Shown here piece after piece: positions 1 through 9,940 of a stretch of 64,000 nt of DNA. The position numbers were made by a program, and so were the translations under genes. Within the stretch, counting starts at the first letter, position 1; each line of letters starts with the position of its first letter. Origin of the DNA: a virus (taxonomy: Duplodnaviria > Heunggongvirae > Uroviricota > Caudoviricetes); the IMG/VR virus record IMGVR_UViG_3300032323_001205, positions 26,919-90,918 of that record. The stretch is one strand, 5' to 3'. The notes below the pieces were generated by a model. It was not told the DNA's origin. It searched no databases and worked only from the letters and a program-made list of their open reading frames with translations.

Positions 1-1677
1 TAGAATCACTATCTTCAGCAGAGTCACCTGCATAGATATTAATGTCACCGCCTTCAGAGTTAGATCCTGTAGCACGATCACGAGCCTGTATCGTAATGTC
101 ATCGGCTGAATAGAGTTCTATGTCTGCGGAGTTGCCTGTGGCACGGTTGTCTATACCTATAGTAGCTGTACCAACAATACTACCAGGAATAGTCAAGTTG
201 CCGTTGGTATCAAAAGTCCAAGTTTCTAATCCTGCTACATCAATAGTAGCATTACCACCACTTGTAGCAATATTAAAGTTTGATGAACCATTGGCCAATG
301 GTAACCCACCAGCACCAGGAACAGGAGCAAATACTCCGTTGCCATATAATACATTGCTATTGCTACCAGTTAAGTTGATAGAAGCAATATTACCTATAGT
401 ACCAACATTTCCGTTATTAATTGTAATGCTATCAACAACAATACTATTACCATTGGCAGTTATAGTTGCATCACCTAAATAAAGTGTACTATTTGACAAA
501 TATAAATCTTGCCATGGGTTTGTAGCATTACCTAAACTTAGACCTAAACTATCAAATGGTATTAGATTAGTTATAACACTATTTTGAACTTCTAAGAAAT
601 CTGTGTCTACCCTGTTAACAGTCAATATACCATCTGCTGGGTTATATTGTAAATTATCGTCTGCGTCAATATGTAAACTTTTATCACCTGATCCAGCACT
701 CAGTGCTACGTGATATGAGAAGTTGTTATTAACGTCAGTAACATTGAGATACTGCGCTAAGTTAGCATTACCAACTGTACCTGATACATTAGCACCCGCT
801 ACTGCAAACGCAGTATTAGCAACATTGGCATTAGGTACAAAACCTGATATATTGGCACCTTGTATATTTGATAAACCGTTGCCATTACCGGCTAAGAAAG
901 GAGAGGCAAATACCCCTGTTGTCTTGTTAAATGTAAAACCTGCATTACCACCAAACGATCCGGCATCATTAAATTGAACCTGTGTATTAGCACCACCGAC
1001 AGTACCGTTACCACCGCCACCTGTTTGTGCAGTCCATGACAGATTACCTGTACCGTCTGTTTGTAATACATAGCCATCAGTACCACCGGTAATTTTAACA
1101 TTACCAACAGCACCTAAATTAGCAGTTGCTCCAACATTTAATGTTGTGATAGATGCTAACCCAGTCGTACTAATATTACCTACAAATGCAGTACCGTTAC
1201 TTGTTATATTTCCATTAACTGATGCATTACCTGATATTGCTAAGTTAGTCAAAGTGCCCACAGATGTAATATTTGGCTGCGCTGCCGTATAGACAGTACC
1301 GGTTACAAGTGCATTTGCTACTTGACCAGTTACATTACCACCTGCTATTGCACTTAAGCCACTACCATTACCAGTGAACACACCTGTGTTTGCGGTAATG
1401 TTTGCTGCTGTAAGATTGCCACTTATACTAAGACCAGTCAATGTACCAACACTAGTAATATTTGGTTGCGCCGCATTGGTTACTGTCTGTGCTAATATTG
1501 CTCTACCTGCAGGCGAATATGTATTGCCCGCTCCTGTCAATACCACATTAGCGATATTACCTAATAGTGTTTTTTCTGTTGTAGGTGTACCCGACATGTT
1601 TACTACAGGTATAACTGTAGAACTTGTTAGGTTTGCCCCTATGCTTGTTAACTCTGTTATTTTTATTGTTGCCATTT
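1..1677 (-). CDS. Tail fibre protein, partial (N-terminus at 1677, C-terminus beyond window start)
   Basis: Reverse complement from the ATG at 1677-1675 is open to position 1 (my translation MATIKITELTSIGANLTSSTVIPVV...). It carries repetitive G/N/T-rich fibre motifs (FTGNGSGLS, QPNITSVGTLT repeats, GTGNLSWTA). It is absent from the ORF track only because it is incomplete. The plus-strand ORFs 120..482, 723..977 and 1374..1688 are antisense to it. Confidence 0.75.
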
Positions 1678-1692
1678 TTATTTCCTAAATCC

Positions 1693-2790
1693 TTATGCAA
1701 ATACCACACCATTGTTACCGATACAAAACCATTTGTTAACGATATATTGTAGCGTACACGAATCACCTATTGTATCAAATGTCATTGTGCCTGTACCACT
1801 TGATTTCCAACCTGCATTAGTAACTGTGATAACCATATCACCACCGTCACCAACCATCATAAATGTTTTAACTTGTCCAGCAGTGCCTGCAGCCAATGTA
1901 GCAGTTTCTGCGGTTGTAGTAGTAAAGTAACTGGCAGTAAGCAATAAGTTTGCCGCACCACCATTAGCTAAATCTTCACTACCTGCAAGAACCATTGTGT
2001 TAGCAGTGATTCTACCTGATATCACTGTATTGGCAGGTAAATCTACTGATATAGTTCCGGTCGTTGTAACTGGGCTACCGGACACGGTCAATGTAGAACT
2101 AGAAACGCCCACACTGGTTACAGCAATAACTGGGGTTGTAGATATAGTTACGTCACCGTTGCTACTGCTTAAACTAATACCCGAACCTGAATTTAATCTA
2201 GTAACACCTGTATTAATTATATTGATATTACCTGATGTGGTAATAGGGCTTCCGGTGACTTGAATGCCTGCACCAGGTGTCACGCCTATACTAGATACAG
2301 TACCTACACTATTTGCATTAGCGATTTGGGTGACACGACCGTATGAGTCAACCGTGATTGTTGGATACGTATATGTACCTGCCAAATTCGCATATGTTGG
2401 TAAGTTAACTGTAATGTTTCCTGAACTAACTATTGGTGTTCCGGACACTGCAAGAGTAGATGATACTACACCTACACTAGTTACGCCCGCACCATTGCCG
2501 TTACCGCCGGTGTTAGTAATTGTTACTGCACCGTTACTGCTATCAATTGCTATTCCGGTACCTGCAATAATGCTGGTTACACCGGTATTTAATATGTTTA
2601 CAGTACCTAAATTTGCATTAGCAGTTATACCTATACCTACATTTGCTGTAAAAGTATTGTATGGGCTAGCATTATTAAATAAAGTATTGAAATTGGTCTT
2701 GGTTTTATTGAAAGCAGTATACAATGAATCACTACCCGTAGATTCATTCTGTAATCCTACATTAATTACTTGTATACCTGAAATTGCCAT
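1693..2790 (-). CDS. Tail fibre-like structural protein
   Basis: 365 aa, Gly/Thr/Asn/Ser-rich repeats (ITNTGGNG, VTSVGVSSSTLTVSGSP repeated). It lies adjacent to the partial tail-fibre gene. Confidence 0.6.
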   Translation of the reverse strand: MAISGIQVINVGLQNESTGSDSLYTAFNKTKTNFNTLFNNASPYNTFTANVGIGITANANLGTVNILNTGVTSIIAGTGIAIDSSNGAVTITNTGGNGNGAGVTSVGVVSSTLAVSGTPIVSSGNITVNLPTYANLAGTYTYPTITVDSYGRVTQIANANSVGTVSSIGVTPGAGIQVTGSPITTSGNINIINTGVTRLNSGSGISLSSSNGDVTISTTPVIAVTSVGVSSSTLTVSGSPVTTTGTISVDLPANTVISGRITANTMVLAGSEDLANGGAANLLLTASYFTTTTAETATLAAGTAGQVKTFMMVGDGGDMVITVTNAGWKSSGTGTMTFDTIGDSCTLQYIVNKWFCIGNNGVVFA

Positions 2791-2839
2791 AATTTAATCC
2801 TTATTGAGTATTTATCAATAAGGATTAAATGTAATGTCA

Positions 2840-3172
2840 TTAGTATGGGTTAAAACTTGAACCGCACCCGCATGTAGTCTGTGCGTTTGGATTATTGATT
2901 TTGAATCGTGCTCCGGTCAAGTCTTCTACATAGTCAATTTCCGCACTTTGTAAATATTGAGCCGACATACTGTCAATTAGCACAATTGTCGATCCGGCTG
3001 GGATTTCCCAGTCATCTTCGTTTTTTTCATCATCAAAGGTAAACCCGTATTCCATACCGGAACACCCGCCCCCTTGGACAAAAACTCTTACTTTTGTATT
3101 TGGTGAGCTGCCCTCATCTGCTAATAATACTGCTATTCTTGCAGCCGCTGATTCAGTGATATTTAAATTCAT
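2840..3172 (-). CDS. A-type Fe-S cluster carrier (IscA/ErpA/HesB family)
   Basis: 110 aa. It has the conserved Cys triad context ([11 protein letters not shown] ... CGCGSSF C-terminal signature) of IscA/ErpA. Confidence 0.85.
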   Translation of the reverse strand: MNLNITESAAARIAVLLADEGSSPNTKVRVFVQGGGCSGMEYGFTFDDEKNEDDWEIPAGSTIVLIDSMSAQYLQSAEIDYVEDLTGARFKINNPNAQTTCGCGSSFNPY

Positions 3173-3183
3173 GTATATATTTA

Positions 3184-3399
3184 TTATCGTCGGCGCACAA
3201 TACGTCCTTTAGTCAAATCGTACGGGCTGAACTCAACTTCTACTGTATCACCCAATAGAATTTTAATATCATGTTGACGCATTTTACCTGAGATATAACC
3301 AGTGACAGTAGGTCCACTGTTCAATGTTACTCTAAAGACAGCATTGGGTAATACATCGATTACCTTGCCGTCCATCCTAATACCTTCTTCTTTTGCCAT
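3184..3399 (-). CDS. infA: Translation initiation factor IF-1
   Basis: 71 aa. Near-collinear with bacterial IF-1 ([71 protein letters not shown] versus E. coli [24 protein letters not shown]...ISGKMRKNYIRILTGDKV...PYDLSKGRIV). S1-like OB fold. Confidence 0.9.
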   Translation of the reverse strand: MAKEEGIRMDGKVIDVLPNAVFRVTLNSGPTVTGYISGKMRQHDIKILLGDTVEVEFSPYDLTKGRIVRRR

Positions 3400-3420
3400 A
3401 TGTGTTTCTATTATCTCCTA

Positions 3421-3816
3421 TCATCCACGGCGCATAGTGCTAATTTCTACCGCTTGCTCATCCGAAAAGATAGGCACGGCATTACTTTTGTGCATAGTAC
3501 CGATACCAATAATCTTAGTACCAGTATATTGTGGAATGTCTTTTGTGCGTACAGCACCTGAATGACCAGTATTTAAACTAGCAATATGTTTAGTCTCACG
3601 ACCAATAGGTGCAGACAATGTATATGATAAAGAACCTGCCGTCATTGCACGTTTGCGCTTTTTGTCATCGGCGTCTACTTCCCACTTTTTCTGAAGTTCT
3701 TTCCAGTCGGCTTCAAGCTGCCGAGCCTTTTGTGCCTCTGCACTATTACGAAATTTAACTTTACCTTTGCGTTTGCCACCCATAGATAGTGCGGGATGTG
3801 CTAGATGCATGGTCAT
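3421..3816 (-). CDS. Hypothetical basic protein (co-operonic with IF-1/IscA)
   Basis: 131 aa, Lys/Arg-rich N-terminus (GGKRKGKVKFRNSAEAQKARQ). Directly downstream of consensus promoter 3849-3877. Confidence 0.45.
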   Translation of the reverse strand: MTMHLAHPALSMGGKRKGKVKFRNSAEAQKARQLEADWKELQKKWEVDADDKKRKRAMTAGSLSYTLSAPIGRETKHIASLNTGHSGAVRTKDIPQYTGTKIIGIGTMHKSNAVPIFSDEQAVEISTMRRG

Positions 3817-3848
3817 GGTGTATATGTCATAGTTATAAAACAGTTATT

Positions 3849-3877
3849 ATTATACAGGATATGTGAGTTTTTGTCAA
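3849..3877 (-). promoter_or_regulatory. Sigma70 consensus promoter (TTGACA-N17-TATAAT, read on minus strand)
   Basis: Plus strand shows attata (3849-3854), a 17-nt spacer and tgtcaa (3872-3877). It sits upstream of the 3421..3816 / infA / iscA array. Confidence 0.6.
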
Positions 3878-3891
3878 GTATCACTAAAGTA

Positions 3892-4281
3892 TTACTTTTT
3901 AAGAATGCCCCACACCTTTTCTTTTTCAATGATTTCGGCTTCAAGTTCTAAGTAAGCATTACGCAAGGCACGTAAGTTATCCCATTTTTCTTCTAGTTCT
4001 GGATTTGGATGAAGAATTGCTAATCGTTCTTCAATCTTGTCTAACCGATCACTTAACTTGACACCCTGAACAGTTAGTTCACCTGTGATATCAGCATCAC
4101 CGTTAACTTGTAATGTTCTACCTTGCAAGTTTGGATCTGCTGAAAGAGTTGCCCATGATGTTGCACCGGTACCATTTGTTGTATATACTTGTCCAGACGC
4201 ACCAGTGTTGGCTATAGAAATGGTAGATAGTGGATCACCAATATAAGTGTTGTTCATTATGTTGTTTATTGAATAGCTCAT
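3892..4281 (-). CDS. Hypothetical fibre-like protein with C-terminal coiled coil
   Basis: 129 aa. G/T/N-rich N-terminal half (ANTGASGQVYTTNGTGATSWATL), then a coiled-coil-like C-terminus (KLSDRLDKIEERLAIL...ELEAEIIEKEK). Confidence 0.45.
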   Translation of the reverse strand: MSYSINNIMNNTYIGDPLSTISIANTGASGQVYTTNGTGATSWATLSADPNLQGRTLQVNGDADITGELTVQGVKLSDRLDKIEERLAILHPNPELEEKWDNLRALRNAYLELEAEIIEKEKVWGILKK

Positions 4282-4463
4282 TTGTCTTTTTTTGTTAAAA
4301 TATATCTACCATTCTCATCCAGACCTATTTCAACATTGTCGCCCTCTTTCCATCCTAGCTTTTGTAGCAATATGGGAGGGATAGGAACTAATACATCACC
4401 GTTGTTTTTATCTTCTTGTGATATGACTTCATATCGCATGTTATCTTGACCTGGTTTAGACAT
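4278..4463 (-). CDS. AbrB/MazE/SpoVT-type swapped-hairpin DNA-binding protein
   Basis: 61 aa. VLVPIPPILLQKLGWKEGDNVEIGLDENGRYILTK matches the AbrB/MazE beta-barrel pattern. Confidence 0.5.
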   Translation of the reverse strand: MSKPGQDNMRYEVISQEDKNNGDVLVPIPPILLQKLGWKEGDNVEIGLDENGRYILTKKDK

Positions 4464-4473
4464 ATTATACTTA

Positions 4474-5013
4474 TCAATTTAAATAGGGACTATAAATCTT
4501 TTCTAGTTGATTAATGGTGTTTTCAGTGTTGCTATCTTCATGTTTGATTGCAATTCCCCCTGCATTTGACCATGCAGTCAAATATTTTCCAAAGTCGTCA
4601 ACTAGTACATTAATATTATTGTTGGTTTTTGCATACTTGTACTTTGCACCTGTAAAAATAGCATTATTACTAGTGCCTGGATTGTATTTGTCTAACCAAT
4701 CACGCTTTGCTTGTTTACTGGCTTCAGCATAGGGCCCGCGCAACGGGGCACTCAATACAGTAAATGGAATTTTATGTTGGTGTAACCATTGAATGATTTT
4801 TAATCCGCCGAGCAATGGATCCAAATCAAAAAAGAAATTGTATACTTGTTCCGGGCTACTATTCGCTAACTTATTAATTGCATCTTCTGGATGAGGTATT
4901 TCTTTGTAATGTTTAAGACCTTGATGTTTTGCCCATGCTCCAAAAAAATCAGCCTGTACCCCATCCATATCCAAATATAAATGGGGCATTTTCTTAAATT
5001 CTGCTATTTTCAT
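4474..5013 (-). CDS. 5'(3')-deoxyribonucleotidase (NT5C-like HAD phosphatase)
   Basis: 179 aa. N-terminal HAD motif I LYLDMDGVQADF (DxDGV) typical of the phage NT5C family. Confidence 0.6.
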   Translation of the reverse strand: MKIAEFKKMPHLYLDMDGVQADFFGAWAKHQGLKHYKEIPHPEDAINKLANSSPEQVYNFFFDLDPLLGGLKIIQWLHQHKIPFTVLSAPLRGPYAEASKQAKRDWLDKYNPGTSNNAIFTGAKYKYAKTNNNINVLVDDFGKYLTAWSNAGGIAIKHEDSNTENTINQLEKIYSPYLN

Positions 5014-5022
5014 AGAATGATT

Positions 5023-5676
5023 TTACTTGTTTGCCAGTGGATTGTCAATAGCCTTTTGGATCTTATTGTCCACTTCTTTCTTTAGTGTTTCGATTTCACG
5101 GTTGATTTCTCTACGAGCCGCAGTAAATTCACTGCTAATTTCTCTACGAGCCGCAGTAAATTCAGAATTGATTTCCTTACGTGTTGATTCCATGTCTTTG
5201 CGAATTTGATTGGCTTCGTTTCTGGCTCGTTCCAAATCTTCTCGCACAGCCTTACGCATATCACGCATTTCATTTTCAGTTTCACGTTGGGCAGTCTTAA
5301 CACTACGTTCTACTTGTTCGGTTACAGTTTCATTACGGCGAATATCATTCTTCAAATCAGTTTTGATATCACGTGTATAGTCGCTTGTTTTGCTACTGTT
5401 TTCTTCAATGACTGCTAGTCGTTTGTCAAATCCAGATAGATCAGGCGCAGAATATTCAGCAATCTTTTTCTTCATACTTTGATAGTCTTTGTATACTTCA
5501 AAAGCACCGTACAGTCCTCCTAGTGTTGAACTTACCAGAGTGGCTGCCACCATGAGTTTGGCTGGAGTAAACTCATATCCACCGATACTGATAACAGTAT
5601 CTTTGCTGGCATATTTTTTCATAGCTGCTTCAGCTTCGTCAATCTTTGCGTTGACATTTTTAATTTCTTCTGTCAT
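5023..5676 (-). CDS. Membrane-anchored coiled-coil protein with 2x33-nt tandem repeat
   Basis: 217 aa, one hydrophobic segment (LMVAATLVSSTLGGLYGAF), heptad-rich remainder. The DNA repeat 5105-5170 encodes SEFTAARREI twice. Confidence 0.5.
   Translation of the reverse strand: MTEEIKNVNAKIDEAEAAMKKYASKDTVISIGGYEFTPAKLMVAATLVSSTLGGLYGAFEVYKDYQSMKKKIAEYSAPDLSGFDKRLAVIEENSSKTSDYTRDIKTDLKNDIRRNETVTEQVERSVKTAQRETENEMRDMRKAVREDLERARNEANQIRKDMESTRKEINSEFTAARREISSEFTAARREINREIETLKKEVDNKIQKAIDNPLANK
5105..5170. repeat. Perfect-ish 33-nt tandem duplication inside CDS 5023..5676
   Basis: atttctctacgagccgcagtaaattc(actgcta/agaattg) occurs twice in tandem. Confidence 0.8.
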
Positions 5677-5687
5677 ATTATTTTCCT

Positions 5688-5810
5688 TTAAAACAATGAA
5701 TTTTTTTTCTTACTGTCTGTTTTTTCAAACAACCTATTGATAATCTTTATTCCTATATAGGTAATTAAGATGTATGCTGAAATAATCAGTCCCTGTCCCC
5801 AATCTATCAT
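5688..5810 (-). CDS. Small single-TM protein (40 aa), below ORF-track size cutoff
   Basis: My translation is MIDWGQGLIISAYILITYIGIKIINRLFEKTDSKKKNSLF. An AGGA Shine-Dalgarno sits 7 nt upstream. Its stop lies immediately before the SD and ATG of 5023..5676, suggesting coupling. Confidence 0.35.
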   Translation of the reverse strand: MIDWGQGLIISAYILITYIGIKIINRLFEKTDSKKKNSLF

Positions 5811-5812
5811 AA

Positions 5813-8113
5813 TTAATTCCTTGGTCTATATTGCTGATTAACCATCTCTTGATGCAGTCTATCACTACCCAAACCTCGCAGTAATCTAGTATTATCAACA
5901 TTTACTTGATTTCTGTAAATCTCTCGAGGTGCGTAAAATGCTACATCAGGTATCATCATTGAGTATGCTTGATACCCTACAGGTTGTATTGCCATTGACG
6001 CAATATCTACTCGACCTGCCAATTCATTTGATTGTGCATTCTTGTTTACTGTGTCTGTTCTTTGCTCTTGTGTAGTTGCGTTTTGCAACACGGGACGTTG
6101 TTCTATTATGTCATTTAATGCTGAACGACCACCTATTTTAATTCCCTCAAATTGAGGAATTGGTTCAGGCTCTACTTGTGTACTTGAACGACCAGATTGT
6201 AACTGAAATCCAAAGTTTGTTAACGGGGATTCAACTGCCGATACTGCACTAAAAAACTGTGTTGAAGGTGAGGTAAACTGATGAGTCATTGAGGATACTA
6301 ACAATCCAGTACCCAAACTTTGTGAAGTCTCTGTGGTAGTCACTTGTATCGGAGTACGAATTGCTTCTATGCTTGTGGCAGTAGAGGTTTGACCCGTTAG
6401 TAACGAAAACGCATTTACTTGCGCTTGTGTGGATGTTACAGCAGTACCTGAAGATACACTCGTACCCATTGTACTACTAGATGTGCTCTGCATAACTGCG
6501 GCATTAGCTACAGTTTCAGCTTGTTGTTGTGCTGCTGTAGCAGCTTGCGCAGCAGCCGATTCAGCAGCCTGCACTACAGACCTAGCTTCATTGCCTATTC
6601 TAGCTTGATTACTGCTAATCATATTCAATACAGAACTCAATGATACAGGAGATGACGAGGAGCTCTTGTTCTCGCCGGCTATTCTCAATTCCCCTGCTTT
6701 TGGTTGTTGAGTGCTACCGCCTTGTGATAGAGGTTGATTTGCCGGTGAAGACGATACAGCATTACTAGATGCTGTATGTGTTGCTCCTGCTTGAGGTGTA
6801 GATTCGGATGGTTGAGTATTTCCCGGCGGTGTTGATGGACGAGTAGGATCTGCCACCATGCCTGTTGTAGTATCTAGTGTTTGCGTAGTATCACTGTAAG
6901 TTGCAGTTGTATTAGTTGAAGGAGCAAGTTGTTTTGACATAGCCAATGCATACCCCTTACAATCTGGACTATATAATGGATTTCTAGAACAAGGATCAGG
7001 AGTATAAATCATTGTTGCCCACGCACCTTCTATAGACGAACCTGTACCTGATGCTGAACCTGTTATTCTCCCTGTGCCCAATAATGATTGATTCATGCTT
7101 GATGGTAGTAAAAACTTTTCGCTTACTGATCCGCTAGTGTTATCGCCTGTAAAGCTGTAATTCTTTTGATGAATAACTTGATTTGAACTGTTAGTTAAAG
7201 AAACTGATGCAATAGCATATGAAGGGTTGTTCATAGTCCAACTACACGACCCATCTTGATTCCATGCAGTACATCCAAAAAAACCTGTACCCACTCTCCA
7301 GTTAAACCCATAATTAAATCCATGTATCATTGCTCCAATACCTGCATTCTCTAATGCAGTATTAATAGCAAATGCTTGATTTAAACTTGCACCACCTTTT
7401 GTTGAATCTAATAAGTTGTTTGTATTGAGTATGTTATTAAATCCTGCACATGTTGAACTATAAGCAGGATTAGTAGCACAAGGATCCACTTTGTATTTTA
7501 GATTAAAACTAACATCATAAATTTCTGGACCATAATTGCCTGCCCAGAAGTTATTATCCCTACCTACAAACCCTACTCGTGCCGTGCTCAGTGATGATGC
7601 TACGTATGGTGTAGCAAAAGTTTCGCTGAAGTTAAAATTAGTCCAATTATATTTTTGATTGGTTGCAGATGAGTAATCGTAATTTGCAATTTGATTGCCG
7701 CCTGAGCCATATAACTTTACATATGCTGCCAAATAGTCTTGTCTTCCGTCATCCCAACCATTGCCATTTTTAGCCATAAAGCCAAAGTTAAAGCCGCTAA
7801 GTTGTACCCCTGTACCACCGACTGATAGTGCTCGGTTTATGTTGATAACTTGATTAAGGTCTGCTGTGCCATAACTGAAGTTGATAGTGCCACCATTTCT
7901 AATACTGGGATTGGGACCGCAGTTGCCTGGTTGTCCAGCCTGAAAGCATAGTTGATTAACATACACGCCGTTGTTCCAAGTACTAGTTGTATCCGTAGGT
8001 GTAGTACCGTAATTTATTAAATTACCGGTAGTGTGATCTACTTGAGCATTAGAATAACTTGTGAACAAGGACGCCAAGCAAAGCGCCCAGGCCAATTTTC
8101 TTATAATTCTCAT
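5813..8113 (-). CDS. Secreted protein with duplicated N-terminal domain and long Ser/Thr/Gln-rich linker
   Basis: 766 aa. Signal peptide MRIIRKLAWALCLASLFTSYSNAQ. Two ~180-aa repeats each end in DPCxxNPxYSxxCxG (DPCATNPAYSSTCAGF; DPCSRNPLYSPDCKGYA) and carry GFNFGF / GFNYGFNW motifs. A low-complexity S/T/A/Q region follows. Confidence 0.65.
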   Translation of the reverse strand: MRIIRKLAWALCLASLFTSYSNAQVDHTTGNLINYGTTPTDTTSTWNNGVYVNQLCFQAGQPGNCGPNPSIRNGGTINFSYGTADLNQVININRALSVGGTGVQLSGFNFGFMAKNGNGWDDGRQDYLAAYVKLYGSGGNQIANYDYSSATNQKYNWTNFNFSETFATPYVASSLSTARVGFVGRDNNFWAGNYGPEIYDVSFNLKYKVDPCATNPAYSSTCAGFNNILNTNNLLDSTKGGASLNQAFAINTALENAGIGAMIHGFNYGFNWRVGTGFFGCTAWNQDGSCSWTMNNPSYAIASVSLTNSSNQVIHQKNYSFTGDNTSGSVSEKFLLPSSMNQSLLGTGRITGSASGTGSSIEGAWATMIYTPDPCSRNPLYSPDCKGYALAMSKQLAPSTNTTATYSDTTQTLDTTTGMVADPTRPSTPPGNTQPSESTPQAGATHTASSNAVSSSPANQPLSQGGSTQQPKAGELRIAGENKSSSSSPVSLSSVLNMISSNQARIGNEARSVVQAAESAAAQAATAAQQQAETVANAAVMQSTSSSTMGTSVSSGTAVTSTQAQVNAFSLLTGQTSTATSIEAIRTPIQVTTTETSQSLGTGLLVSSMTHQFTSPSTQFFSAVSAVESPLTNFGFQLQSGRSSTQVEPEPIPQFEGIKIGGRSALNDIIEQRPVLQNATTQEQRTDTVNKNAQSNELAGRVDIASMAIQPVGYQAYSMMIPDVAFYAPREIYRNQVNVDNTRLLRGLGSDRLHQEMVNQQYRPRN

Positions 8114-9260
8114 CTAGTTTTACCTTGTCTGGTGCAGGAATTTTGCTGGGGTTAGCGTTCCACTCAGCACGAGCTTGTTCGCCAATTTTGCCTTCGTATG
8201 GGCAAGGTGTGCCGGCTGCCATCATAGCATCAAACACACGGCGATCTTGACACATAGTTGCTACAGCAGCTACCTTCATACCCATGTCAAATAGAGTCTT
8301 GCTAAGTTTTAGTCTTTCGCAATTTAAGTCACGTATAGTGCCACCGCCTGATACACCAAATACCTGTGTCTGCACACCGCCTGAACTACCTGTACTACAT
8401 AAATCAGCATTGCCGCCGCTTATCATTGCAGGAGCTATAGCAGTTGGTGGCGGCTGTATTACTCGTTGTGTAATATTGGTTTCGTTAATATTGCGGTTGG
8501 TCATATCTCCAGTGTTGACGTTTTGATTCACATTGGTATTGGCGTTGACATTGTTGCTAGTGCTAGTACTACTAGATGTGTTGATATTGCGGTTGGTCAT
8601 GTCACCTGTATTGACATTGTTGTTGGTACTAGTGCTAGTGTTAACATTGTTATTGTTGTTAGTAGAAGTGCTGGTATTAACATTGTTGTTGTTATAGGTC
8701 ATTGTACCCGAATTAATATTGTGGTTTGTATTAACACTTGTACTAGAACTAGTATTAGTATTATTATTGTTATAGGTCATCGTACCCGAGTTAATATTGT
8801 TATTTGTGTTAACGTTTGCACTTGAACTAGTACTAGCATTGTTATTGTTATACGTGATTGTTCCAGAATTAACATTGTTGTTGTTATTATTATACGTCAT
8901 TGTTCCAGAATTAACATTGTTGTTGTTAATTGTACTAGTACCAGAATTTATATTATTGTTAGTGCTCACACTGGTACTAACGTTATTATTATTGTTAGTG
9001 TTGGTACTTGTGCTGTTAACTGTGGCTGTACTGGTGCTATTGTTGGTGCTATTAGTATTGCTGTTTGATATCACGGTGCTGGTACTATTGCTAGTACTAT
9101 TTGTATCAACTAGCGTACTGCTATCATAACTACCTTGATTAATCAATGAGGTGTTATTAGTGGTAGTTCCTCCCGTGGTACTACTCGTGCTAGTATTTGT
9201 AGTTTGAGCCATTGCACCCGTAACAAAAGCAATAGCCAATGCTATTATTGTTTTTTTCAT
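8049..9260 (-). CDS. Secreted Asn/Ser/Thr-rich tandem-repeat protein with Cys-containing C-terminal domain
   Basis: 403 aa. Signal peptide MKKTIIALAIAFVTGAMAQ. Degenerate repeats (NNNNVNSGTMTYNNNN...). C-terminal ~120 aa contain 6 Cys and a hydrophobic tail (GLGALLGVLVHKLF). The 3' end overlaps the start of 5813..8113 by 65 nt in another frame. Confidence 0.6.
   Translation of the reverse strand: MKKTIIALAIAFVTGAMAQTTNTSTSSTTGGTTTNNTSLINQGSYDSSTLVDTNSTSNSTSTVISNSNTNSTNNSTSTATVNSTSTNTNNNNNVSTSVSTNNNINSGTSTINNNNVNSGTMTYNNNNNNVNSGTITYNNNNASTSSSANVNTNNNINSGTMTYNNNNTNTSSSTSVNTNHNINSGTMTYNNNNVNTSTSTNNNNNVNTSTSTNNNVNTGDMTNRNINTSSSTSTSNNVNANTNVNQNVNTGDMTNRNINETNITQRVIQPPPTAIAPAMISGGNADLCSTGSSGGVQTQVFGVSGGGTIRDLNCERLKLSKTLFDMGMKVAAVATMCQDRRVFDAMMAAGTPCPYEGKIGEQARAEWNANPSKIPAPDKVKLDENYKKIGLGALLGVLVHKLF
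8466..9130. repeat. Degenerate tandem repeat tract (roughly 50-65-nt units) inside CDS 8049..9260
   Basis: Visible reiteration of gtattaacattgttgttgttataggtcattgtacccgaattaatatt-like units. Encodes the N-rich repeats. Confidence 0.7.
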
Positions 9261-9390
9261 CTTTTCTTTCCTTGTTTTTATTATTTTTGAGTAAAAGATG
9301 GTTTTTACTATTGATATTTATCAATAAACGGCTTAATAAAACTATGTAGATAAATAAAGTACAACTAATAAAAACTATAAGGAGAATGTT

Positions 9391-9933
9391 GTGTCAGAAG
9401 AAAAAAAACCATTATCACGCTCAGAACGTGAAGCACTTATTAAAGACAAGGCCGGATGGGTTATTGTTGTTTTTGCAGCACTATTGGCAATCAACACATA
9501 TATGGGCGGCAGCAACAGCAGTAAAGTATTAAACAATACTATTGAAGCGAACAATACTTGGGCATTCTATCAAGCCAAAAGTATCAAACAAACACTAGCA
9601 GAACAATCACTGGATGATGCTAAATTCCGTAACGATACAAGAAAAGTAGAGCAGTTACAACAAAAAATCGACCGTTATGAAAACGAACCAAAAGAGGGCA
9701 AGAAAGCATTAATAGAAAAAGCACGTGGTTTAGAAGCAGACCGGGCAGTAGCAAAACAACGTAGTCCATGGTATACTTTTGCTGGATCATTATTCCAAAT
9801 AGCAATTGTGTTATTGTCAGCTAGTATTTTAGCAGTTAATAATAAATTATATACTGCTAGTTTGTACGTAGGTGGGGTAGCAATTACATTAATGAGCCAA
9901 GCAATTTGGTTGTGGATACCTGCTGTGATATAA
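9391..9933 (+). CDS. Hypothetical inner-membrane protein (2 TM)
   Basis: 180 aa, GTG start 11 nt after an AAGGAGA Shine-Dalgarno. TM1 WVIVVFAALLAINTYMGG. C-terminal TM AGSLFQIAIVLLSASILAV ... IWLWIPAVI. Confidence 0.55.
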   Translation: MSEEKKPLSRSEREALIKDKAGWVIVVFAALLAINTYMGGSNSSKVLNNTIEANNTWAFYQAKSIKQTLAEQSLDDAKFRNDTRKVEQLQQKIDRYENEPKEGKKALIEKARGLEADRAVAKQRSPWYTFAGSLFQIAIVLLSASILAVNNKLYTASLYVGGVAITLMSQAIWLWIPAVI

Positions 9934-9940
9934 ATAATAG

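Noticed and set aside
120-1688. Plus-strand ORFs 120..482, 723..977, 1374..1688 (and 892..1113 on the minus strand) rich in P/L/V/A
   Set aside because: They are antisense or out of frame to the long open minus-strand tail-fibre gene (1..1677). Their composition is the mirror image of G/N/T-rich codons.
1712-2797. Plus-strand ORFs 1712..1930, 1997..2263, 2264..2797
   Set aside because: Antisense to tail-fibre-like CDS 1693..2790. No RBS, and the composition is low-complexity.
2809-2816. GATAAATA octamer upstream of several genes (2809-2816, 9315-9322, 9349-9356, 51285-51292) as a T4-type late promoter (TATAAATA)
   Set aside because: The first base differs from the T4 consensus. An 8-mer of this composition is expected about 6-7 times by chance in 64 kb of AT-rich DNA on two strands. 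It is kept only as a weak hypothesis.
8284-9129. Plus-strand ORFs 8284..8526, 8466..8825, 8797..9129 (poly-Leu/Val)
   Set aside because: Antisense translation of the Asn-rich repeat tract (AAT/AAC mirrored to ATT/GTT). It is not an independent gene.
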